Positions 6,730 to 13,993 of a stretch of 15,457 bases of DNA are shown piece after piece. Source of the DNA: a candidate division WOR-3 bacterium (GTDB lineage Bacteria > Hydrothermota > Tepidihabitantia > Tepidihabitantales > Tepidihabitantaceae). The notes below the pieces were generated by a model. That model worked only from the letters and a program-made list of their open reading frames with translations. It was not told where the DNA came from and did no database searches. The position numbers and the translations under genes were made by a program. The stretch is taken from contig CBFGIT010000049.1 in assembly GCA_965648905.1 (NCBI GenBank), forward strand, positions 1 to 15,457. The letters run 5' to 3'. Each line of letters opens with the position of its first letter. Position 1 is the first letter of the stretch.

Positions 6730-9108
6730 CTAGAATTCGATGACCATGCCGCCGATAATCCAGCGCCGCATCTGTAGTACGGTCTCGCGCTCAGGTTCCC
6801 CGGCCTGGTAGTTGTAGAACCAGACGTTCTTTTGGTCCAGGGCGTTCTGGACTTCAAGGTACCAGGCAAAGCTCCATGACTTGAGCAGGAACCTGTGGTC
6901 CCAGCGCAGGTCGAGCCGCTGGTAGTAAGGGTAGCGTGCGGTGTTGCGCAGGTCAGCGTTGTCGATCCAGCGCCGGGTGTCGGGCTGCCATTCTTTGGGC
7001 GTGTAAGGCCGGCCGCCCATCAGGCGAAGCCGGGCACCAATGTCGGACTGGTCAGAGAAGAGGAATCCGCCCAGGGTCGCCTTGAACCATCCGGGCAGGT
7101 TTCGGTACCAGTCCAGTTTGTGGAACTCAAACCGGTAGGTGGCTGAGGCGGTGAGGACATGTCGGTAGTCGTAGTCCGCAGGAATGGTCTGGACTGTGGT
7201 CGATTCCTGGGGGTTGTTGGTGTGGGATTCGGAAAGCGAGTAAGCAAGCGAGCCGTGCCAGTTGCCCGAGTGCTTTTTCTGGAGGAAGAGTTCAAGCCCG
7301 GTGCTGGTGCCAGATGCAGTGTCAACATAAGCGGTCGTGTAGTCGTAGGGGTCGCGGGTGAGCCAGGAGCGGGGAATCGGGATGCGGGTGGTGCGTTTGT
7401 AGTATCCTTCGAGCGAGAGCTTGATGTCGTTGCCGAAGAGCCGTTCGATGCCGATGACCGAGTGGTCGGAACGGCGGCTGCGCAGGTTGCGGTTGGCTGC
7501 GCTGTCCCAGAGCAGGACATAGGCGTCCGGGGTCTGGAAGTGCCAGCCGTAGCCGGCATGAGCAGTCAGGCCGGCAAGTAAAGGTCGGGTCGAGAAGCCG
7601 AGGCGCGGTGCCAGGTCGAGTTGCCCGGTGTACTCGAACCAGTCAAGCCGGCCACCTAGACTCAGGCTGCAGAAATTGCCGAGCAGGACCCGGTGCTGGA
7701 GATAGGCGAAGGTGCGATTGGACCGGGCCTGGGCCCGGGCTGAGAATTGGCTGACGTTCACGACTGTGGACTCAACCGGGTTGCCAAGGCTGTCGTATTG
7801 GTAGCGCCAGACCGTGTCGGGCAGAGAATAGAAGTCGTAGTTGAAGCGGACTCGGTTAGCGCCGATGCCGGCCTGGGTTTCGTGCGAGCTCGGCCAGCGG
7901 AGCGTGCCGTCGTAGCGCAGGCCGAGGTAGCCGTCGCTCGTGTTGTTGGTCTGGAGCGTGTCGGTTTCGATGGTGTCGCGGTAGGCAAACCCCTGCCAGC
8001 GTGCGTCTGAGCCGGAGATTAGGAGTCGGCCAAAACCCTGCTCGCCGAACAAGGTCTGGAGGCTGATCCCGCCTGCATACCGGTCGGTCCGCTGGCGAGC
8101 GCTGTACCGGTTCTTGACCACGTCTTCCTCGGGCCGGATGTGGATGAAGTCGCCGCCCCAGATGCCGAGCAGGGAAAGCTCGTTGGCCCGGCCGAGCCGG
8201 AAGGTGAGCTTGCCAAGCGCGTTGTCGTAGTAGGGGACTGCGGACATACCCCAGACTCCGGTTTTGGCCATCAGTTCAAGAAAGCTCTTGTGGTAGGAAC
8301 CGATGAAGCTGGCGCCCGGGCCGGGCAGCGGGCCCTCGAACACGAGGCCGGCGCCGGCCATTCCTAAGTCAATGCTGCCGTCGAGGCCGGTGCGAGCGCC
8401 GCGTTTGAGGCTTATGTCCATGACCGAGGACGTGCGCGTGCCATACCGGGCCGGGAACGCACCGGCCACAAAGTCGACCTCGCGCACCAGCAGGGGGTTA
8501 AGCATGTTGACCGGGCCGCCCTGACTGGCAAAGGAACCAAAGTGGTTGGGAAAAGGGACGTCAATGCCGTCAATCAGGAACAGGTTCTCGTTCGGGTTGC
8601 CGCCGCGCACGATGACTTCGTTGTCCTGGTCTCCGGATGAGACAACCGCAGGCAGGGCCTGAACCACGCGCTGGATGTCACCCAGGCCGCCGGGCGCGAC
8701 CTCGATTTCCTCGGCTGAGAAGTTGCGCTCGGACACCGGCGCGTCTTTGACCCTGGGGAAGTACTCGGCCTTGACTTTGACTTCAGCCAGCTCGATGCGG
8801 GATTGGGCAAGCCGAAAAGAGAGCTCGGTGGTGCGCGCAGGGTTGACGACGACGATGGTCTTGACCTGAGTCTGGTAGCCAATCATCGAGGCTTCGACCG
8901 AGTAGGTCCCGGCCGGAACTCCGGTGACAAGAAAACGGCCTTCCGGGTCAGTTGCAGCACCAAGCTCGGTGTTCAGTACGATGACGCTGGCACCGGCCAG
9001 AGGCGAGCGGGTCGATGCGTCGACTACGATGCCGCCAATGCTGCCGACCGGGTCGGCAGAAGCGACTGCAGACAGAGCGAGCAGAACACCGAGGAACGGT
9101 CTCGACAT
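6730..9108 (-). CDS. TonB-dependent receptor with N-terminal carboxypeptidase-regulatory-like domain
   Basis: 792 aa from ATG 9108 (AAGGAG RBS at 9123-9118). Signal peptide MSRPFLGVLLALSAVASA; GSIGGIVVDAST..PLAGASV...GAATDPEGRF; plug VRGGNPNENLFLIDG...GAFPARYG...SSVMDI; beta-barrel ending in Phe (GMVIEF). Confidence 0.93.
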   Translation of the reverse strand: MSRPFLGVLLALSAVASADPVGSIGGIVVDASTRSPLAGASVIVLNTELGAATDPEGRFLVTGVPAGTYSVEASMIGYQTQVKTIVVVNPARTTELSFRLAQSRIELAEVKVKAEYFPRVKDAPVSERNFSAEEIEVAPGGLGDIQRVVQALPAVVSSGDQDNEVIVRGGNPNENLFLIDGIDVPFPNHFGSFASQGGPVNMLNPLLVREVDFVAGAFPARYGTRTSSVMDISLKRGARTGLDGSIDLGMAGAGLVFEGPLPGPGASFIGSYHKSFLELMAKTGVWGMSAVPYYDNALGKLTFRLGRANELSLLGIWGGDFIHIRPEEDVVKNRYSARQRTDRYAGGISLQTLFGEQGFGRLLISGSDARWQGFAYRDTIETDTLQTNNTSDGYLGLRYDGTLRWPSSHETQAGIGANRVRFNYDFYSLPDTVWRYQYDSLGNPVESTVVNVSQFSARAQARSNRTFAYLQHRVLLGNFCSLSLGGRLDWFEYTGQLDLAPRLGFSTRPLLAGLTAHAGYGWHFQTPDAYVLLWDSAANRNLRSRRSDHSVIGIERLFGNDIKLSLEGYYKRTTRIPIPRSWLTRDPYDYTTAYVDTASGTSTGLELFLQKKHSGNWHGSLAYSLSESHTNNPQESTTVQTIPADYDYRHVLTASATYRFEFHKLDWYRNLPGWFKATLGGFLFSDQSDIGARLRLMGGRPYTPKEWQPDTRRWIDNADLRNTARYPYYQRLDLRWDHRFLLKSWSFAWYLEVQNALDQKNVWFYNYQAGEPERETVLQMRRWIIGGMVIEF

Positions 9109-9142
9109 ATGCGTTGACTCCTTTTTGCGCGTTTGCGAATCG

Positions 9143-9170
9143 ATTGTAGTTGGGCCTGAGGCTCTGTCCA
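9143..9170 (-). promoter_or_regulatory. promoter for the TonB-dependent receptor
   Basis: Minus strand TGGACA (9170-9165), 16 bp, TACAAT (9148-9143). Confidence 0.65.
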
Positions 9171-9172
9171 GT

Positions 9173-11272
9173 ATGGCGCGGGCCAGGTGCTTGCTTCTCC
9201 GGGCTGGTCGGCTATTCTGTTGCGTGCTTCTTGCGCTGGTTCTGGTGGTTGCCCGGGTTCCAGAGCAGCCGGAGTTCACCCGGGTCACAGACTCGGCCGA
9301 CATGTGCGCGGTTTCGCGCTGGAGTCGGGGCGGCTGCGACGCAGTCGCGGTCAGCGCGGGATACACCTATGTGGGCTCGGGTTCGTCGCTGCTTGTGTTT
9401 CGCGACTCGCTGCTCGTCTCGAACACCGCGCTGGGCGGAGCCTGCAATGATATGGTGGTTTCAGACGGACGGCTGTACATCGCGGCCGGCAGAGCCGGCG
9501 TGCTGGCATTTGACATCAGAGACCCGGCCCGGCCGCGCCGTATCAGCGGGTTGCGTCTGCCCGGATGGGCAATGAAGGTTGATGGGCGCGAAAACCAGGC
9601 CGCGGTTGCCTGCGGGCCGGACGGACTGGTTCTTCTTGATTCCCGGGTTCCGGAACAGCCTCAGGTCGTCTGGGCCGCAATGCCGGCAGATTCGGTCAAT
9701 GCGGTGGCGCTGGCCCGAGGGCTCGTGCTTGTCGCGTGCGGCAGTCAAGGGCTTGTGGTCGCTCGGCCTGAGGCCGGGCTGCAGCCTGTGGCCTGGTTTG
9801 AGTGTCCGAGCGCGGTGCTTGATGTTGTCGGCAAAGACAGCGTGGCCTATGCGGTTTGTGGCGAATCAGGCATGGTCGTTGTGAATCTGGCCCGGCCTGA
9901 GTCGCCGCGCCGAATCCGGCGTCTGGACCTGCCTTATGCCCGGGCAATGGCGATCTCCGATACCCTGGCCGTAGCAGTCTCGGGCGAGTGGGGCGCGTGG
10001 ATTCTGAACGTTGCCAACCCGGTTGCACCGTATGTCTGGTGCTATCTGCCGGTGCCGGGCAATGCCTGCGACGTGGCGTTGGAGGGAAACCGGCTCGCAG
10101 TTGCCTGCGGCCCGGACGGGCTGTATCAGTTTGACCTGAGTCGGCCCACGTTTCCGGTGCTGGTTCACCATGCACGCCTGACCGGATTGACAATTGACCT
10201 GGCCGCAGACGGAGACACGGTCTGGGTGTGCACGAGCGATGGACTTCATGTCGTGGACATGAGCAGACCGGAAGCGCAGGACCTGGGGTTTCTGGCTCTG
10301 TCTGCCCGACCTTGCGCGCTGGCACTGGGCCACGGGTTTGGCCTGGTCAGCACAGTCGATTCCGGAGTTCTCTCGTTCTCGACCACAGACCCGAGTCGAC
10401 CGGTTCTGCTCGGTTCCCAGAAGGCGCCGGGCCGACCCGGCCCGATTGCGGTCAAGGACTCTTGGGCGTTTGTCAGTGTTGCCGGCTATGGGATTCAGGT
10501 CCTGAACGCAGCCCGGCCCGAGTCAGTCGAAGACGTTGGTGCGCTGCGGGGCGTTCCCGGAGCAAGGGGCTTGAGCCTTAAGGGAGACTTCCTTGTTCTT
10601 GCCGCGGCTGAGTCCGGGCTCTACTTCTGTGACATCAGACAGGCGCACTCGCCCCAGGTGATGCAGTGGCTGGAGCTGCCCGGCCGGGTCAACGCGGTCT
10701 GGTATGATACCGTGACTCTGGCTGCAGGCGACTCCGGGTTGTTTGTCCTGGACACACGGGACGTGACTGACCCGCGACTCGTGGCCTGCGTGCGGTTTGA
10801 GGCTGAAGCATGGGATGTGGTTGTTGCCGATACGGTCTGCTTTGTTGCCTGTGGTCAGGCTGGTGTGGTCTGTCTTGAGGCGCTTGGGTACAGTCAACGT
10901 AGTGAGCGTCCCCGCGTACTCGGGCACTATCGGACCGCAACCGAGGCCTCAAGGCTTGGTCGGGCTGGAGCCGACGTTGTGCTGGCTGACCTGCGCAGCG
11001 GACTGACCCGGGTGCGGCTCATACCCGGGACAAGCCCGAAGACCCGGCAGACAAGTACCGGCCCAACTGTGGTCCGAGGTGTGCTGCACCCACCGACGAC
11101 AGGAATGACCAATTCCCAATTCCCAATGATCATGTTCGACGCGACCGGCCGGAGGGTGATGGAGTTGCAGGCCGGCCCGAACGACGTGCGGCAGCTCACG
11201 TCCGGGGCCTACTTCATCATCAGCCCGAGCGCGGGCCCGAGGCCGGTACGCCGGGTTCAGCTCGTGCGCTGA
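9173..11272 (+). CDS. secreted LVIVD-repeat beta-propeller protein with C-terminal sorting-like domain
   Basis: About 699 aa from ATG 9173 (start uncertain). Hydrophobic N-terminus; many repeats such as YIAAGRAGVLAFDIRDPARP, GMVVVNLARPESP and GLFVLDTRDVTDP; C-terminus PTVVRGVL...FDATGRRVMELQAGPNDVRQLTSGAYFI...VRRVQLVR. Confidence 0.85.
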   Translation: MARARCLLLRAGRLFCCVLLALVLVVARVPEQPEFTRVTDSADMCAVSRWSRGGCDAVAVSAGYTYVGSGSSLLVFRDSLLVSNTALGGACNDMVVSDGRLYIAAGRAGVLAFDIRDPARPRRISGLRLPGWAMKVDGRENQAAVACGPDGLVLLDSRVPEQPQVVWAAMPADSVNAVALARGLVLVACGSQGLVVARPEAGLQPVAWFECPSAVLDVVGKDSVAYAVCGESGMVVVNLARPESPRRIRRLDLPYARAMAISDTLAVAVSGEWGAWILNVANPVAPYVWCYLPVPGNACDVALEGNRLAVACGPDGLYQFDLSRPTFPVLVHHARLTGLTIDLAADGDTVWVCTSDGLHVVDMSRPEAQDLGFLALSARPCALALGHGFGLVSTVDSGVLSFSTTDPSRPVLLGSQKAPGRPGPIAVKDSWAFVSVAGYGIQVLNAARPESVEDVGALRGVPGARGLSLKGDFLVLAAAESGLYFCDIRQAHSPQVMQWLELPGRVNAVWYDTVTLAAGDSGLFVLDTRDVTDPRLVACVRFEAEAWDVVVADTVCFVACGQAGVVCLEALGYSQRSERPRVLGHYRTATEASRLGRAGADVVLADLRSGLTRVRLIPGTSPKTRQTSTGPTVVRGVLHPPTTGMTNSQFPMIMFDATGRRVMELQAGPNDVRQLTSGAYFIISPSAGPRPVRRVQLVR

Positions 11273-11290
11273 AGCAGCTTGACCGGCCTG

Positions 11291-11322
11291 TGACTTGACA
11301 AGTCAACAGGGCGGCTTATGAT
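11291..11322 (+). promoter_or_regulatory. promoter with palindromic operator over the -35 box
   Basis: TTGACA (11295-11300), 16 bp, TATGAT (11317-11322); perfect IR TGACTTG-A-CAAGTCA (11291-11305); GGAGG RBS at 11336-11340. Confidence 0.75.
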
Positions 11323-11344
11323 GCTGCCCAACCTAGGAGGTCGT

Positions 11345-12679
11345 ATGTATCGCGGTGTCCTCTTGCTGATGCTTCTAGTTGCGCCGGCCGCGGCCCAGTG
11401 GTTGGAAACAACCATCGATGTGGACAGCGGGCCGGCAGCATTGTGCTACAATCCGGTCATGCATCGGGTGTACTGCGCTTGCGTGCATGCTGGGACCGTC
11501 TCGGTTATCGACGCTGGCTCGAATGTCGTGCTGGGCAGGGTCGAGGTTGGCTCCGGTCCAGCCAGTATGGTCTGGAACTCGGCCGAGAACAAGCTCTACG
11601 TCGGGCTGTCGGCAAGCGATAGCGTGGCGGTCATCGACTGCGTCACGGACTCGGTGATCGCGCGGGTCCCGGCCGGGTCTGTGCCTGCGGCCCTGTGCTA
11701 CAACCCGACCGAAAACAAGGTCTACTGTGCCAACTGGATGACCGACTCAGTCACGGTCATCGACGGCGCGGCCGACACCGTCATCCGCAACATCCGCGTC
11801 CGCTCCGGGCCCTTTGCTCTGCTCTATAACCCGATTGGCTCCAAGGTCTATTGTGCCAACAATGACACGCGCATCGTCTCGGTCATCAGCGGGGCGCGGG
11901 ACAGCGTGCTGCGCAATATCGTGACCAGTCAGGGCCCTTTCGCTCTTTGCCGCGACTCGGCACGCGATCGGGTCTACATTGCCAACTACGATGCGCTCCG
12001 GGTCACGGTCATTGACTGCGCGAGCGAACTGGTCATCACCGCGATTCCGGTCAGTGGTTCGCCGTGCGCCCTGTGCGGCAACGCGACCGACGACCTGGTC
12101 TTCTGTGCCGGTGAGGAGACCGACAGCATCTCCATCATCGACTGCGCCACGCTTCAGGTCGTGGCAACGGTGTCCGCGGGTGACTGGCCCGTGGCCTTGA
12201 CCTGGAACCCTGTGAACAACAAGGTCTACTGCGCCAACTACTTGGGCGGCGACGTTTCGATCCTCGACGGTGCTTCGGGCGCGCTGCTGACGACGGTCGA
12301 AGCGGGCCGGTGGCCGGGCGTTTTCTGTTGGAACCCTGCCGAGAACCGGACCTACGTGGCCAACTCGGGCGGCAGCACGGTCAGCGTGATTCGGGACAGC
12401 CTGGTCGTGGGGACGGCAGAAGGCAGCAAGCCTCAAGCCGCAAGCTTCAAGTCTCGGGCTACGATGGTGCGCGGCGTGCTGTGGTGGGAAGCAGATAGTA
12501 GACAGCATTCAGCATACAGGGCGGAGTTGCTCGGCGTCAGCGGGCGCAAGGTGCTGGAACTCGTGCCCGGCCCGAACGACGTCAGCCGGTGTGCGCCTGG
12601 GGTGTATTTCGTCAGAGAAGAGCCACGAGCTTCAAGCCTCAAGCCGCAAGCTGTTCGGAAGCTGGTCGTGGCAAGGTGA
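11345..12679 (+). CDS. secreted YncE-family (YVTN-like) beta-propeller protein with C-terminal sorting-like domain
   Basis: 444 aa from ATG 11345 after GGAGG. Signal peptide ending APAAA; about 8 repeats of GP.ALCYNP..NKVYCAN...DSVTVID...DSVI; C-terminus ATMVRGVL...GRKVLELVPGPNDVSRCAPGVYFV...VRKLVVAR. Confidence 0.92.
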   Translation: MYRGVLLLMLLVAPAAAQWLETTIDVDSGPAALCYNPVMHRVYCACVHAGTVSVIDAGSNVVLGRVEVGSGPASMVWNSAENKLYVGLSASDSVAVIDCVTDSVIARVPAGSVPAALCYNPTENKVYCANWMTDSVTVIDGAADTVIRNIRVRSGPFALLYNPIGSKVYCANNDTRIVSVISGARDSVLRNIVTSQGPFALCRDSARDRVYIANYDALRVTVIDCASELVITAIPVSGSPCALCGNATDDLVFCAGEETDSISIIDCATLQVVATVSAGDWPVALTWNPVNNKVYCANYLGGDVSILDGASGALLTTVEAGRWPGVFCWNPAENRTYVANSGGSTVSVIRDSLVVGTAEGSKPQAASFKSRATMVRGVLWWEADSRQHSAYRAELLGVSGRKVLELVPGPNDVSRCAPGVYFVREEPRASSLKPQAVRKLVVAR

Positions 12680-12739
12680 GGCGATGCGAATGCTTGACCC
12701 CGAGTGATTTCGGACTGGGATGGTGGTGAGGTTCAGACT

Positions 12740-13335
12740 GTGACTAGATTCGTGCGGGCCATTCTCGTCGGCATCGCCGTCCTGACGGCCGGAATCGGCC
12801 GGGCTCAGTACCTCGAGGCAACGCTTCGGGTGAACTACCGGCCCTGGGGGATACTCTGGACGCCGACGAGCAACAAGGTCTACGTATCGAGCCCCTACGA
12901 CGAGAACGTGGTCATCATCGACGCGGCGACACTCCAGGTGCGGACTGCCTTGGAGATGGGCGACCAGCCGAACTCGATGTGCTGGAACTCGGTCAACAAC
13001 AAGCTCTACGTGCAACCTGCGCAAACAATAGCGTCGTCGTGGTTGACTGCTACGGCGACTCGGTAATCACTACTTTGCACGTCCCGGGCGCTCCGGTCCC
13101 GATGGCCTACAACTCGACGCTCAACAAACTCTACGTCGGCGCGACCGAGAATGGGTACGTGTCGGTATTCGACGGGGCGTCGGACTAGCTGATTGATAGG
13201 GTGAACGTGGATGCCGGGGGCTACGTTCGCGCCCTGTTGTGGCATCACAGACGAACCGGCTCTTCTGCGGTACTGCACATGACTCGGTGCTAGTGTTGGA
13301 CTGCGTGAGCAACCAGGTGGTTGGAGTGGCGCGCC
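12740..13335 (+). pseudogene. YncE-family beta-propeller pseudogene
   Basis: GTG 12740 after GAGG; signal peptide and QYLEATL...NKVYV repeats. Frameshift at ~13012 (LYV/ATCANNSVVVVDC), in-frame TAG 13186-13188, second frameshift at ~13247 (WH/TNRLFCG...DCVSNQVV); truncated at ~13335. Confidence 0.85.
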
Positions 13336-13344
13336 GATGTTCCA

Positions 13345-13812
13345 GGGCGGCTGCTGGACCTGTGCGGCCGGCTGCTGGCTCGGCTGGAGCCGGGCCTGAA
13401 CCGGCTTCCTGACCTCTACGCGGCCGCCATCGCCTGCGACTCGCTGTACTCTCAGGTTTCGGGCCGGGTCTACGTGACCGGCAAGGCAAACAAGTCTGCA
13501 GCCTGCGACTGGGAGTACTTCACAGTCTGCTTCGAGGGTGATGCGCCAGGGGTGCCAAAATGGAGCGACTTCGAGAACAAAGGCGGGCAGCAGGAGGATG
13601 CCGCTGTTGACTTGGCGGTCTACGGCTCATGCTACCTTTTCGTAACAGGCAAGTACTTCCGGGAGCGCGAGTTCGAGAATTACAACGTCCAGACCATCCG
13701 GCTGATGAAGTACTGGGAGGGCGGCAGCAGCCCCAATCCGAGGGAGTCCGGCTTCTTTGCCGAGGCAGCCTATGGCGACGACGAGCACTGCGAGGTGCGG
13801 CTCAGGGTGTAG
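13345..13812 (+). pseudogene. mosaic remnant: sorting-domain fragment fused to an SBBP-like beta-propeller repeat fragment
   Basis: GRLLDLCGRLLARLEPGLNRL resembles the neighbours' C-terminal domain. YAAAIACDS...GRVYVTG...EYFTV...W...EDAAVDLAVYG..YLFVTG...YNVQTIR resembles two SBBP repeats. No credible start or signal peptide. Confidence 0.5.
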
Positions 13813-13946
13813 ATGCAGTCATTGTCGGGCATGGGCTGTTCTCCCTTGGTTTACTAACTTCACGGCCTGATAGAGGATACGCCCTGCCCGGCGCTTTTCC
13901 AGTCAATTTACACACAATCAAGGATACTACCACGCAACGCGCGAGG

Positions 13947-13974
13947 TTGATGTGGCGCTGCTGGACGGTAGACT
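13947..13974 (+). promoter_or_regulatory. sigma70-like promoter
   Basis: TTGATG (13947-13952), 16 bp, TAGACT (13969-13974), 19 nt upstream of GTG 13994. Confidence 0.55.
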
Positions 13975-13993
13975 ATCTCGTGTAGAGATAACC

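Noticed and set aside
5799..6869. Several short overlapping ORFs in the TA-TonB gap
   Set aside because: Low-complexity products of the 12-bp periodicity, with no RBS or recognisable domain; the periodicity continues through stop codons.
8924..9366. Long overlapping N-terminal extensions of the TonB (start 9366) and LVIVD (start 8924) ORFs
   Set aside because: RBS, promoter and signal peptides support starts at 9108 and about 9173, leaving a normal divergent gap.
4259..13188. Stop-codon reassignment (TAG or TGA read as sense) suggested by in-frame stops
   Set aside because: TGA ends the MTase, REase and YncE genes and TAG ends the PDZ and TonB genes at natural C-termini. The stop-containing genes are also truncated.
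13735..13846. Possible minus-strand gene start (GGGAG, ATG, and a frameshifted LAVLVVAIGC lipoprotein-like stretch)
   Set aside because: Too short, needs a frameshift, and has no correctly spaced promoter; cannot be supported.
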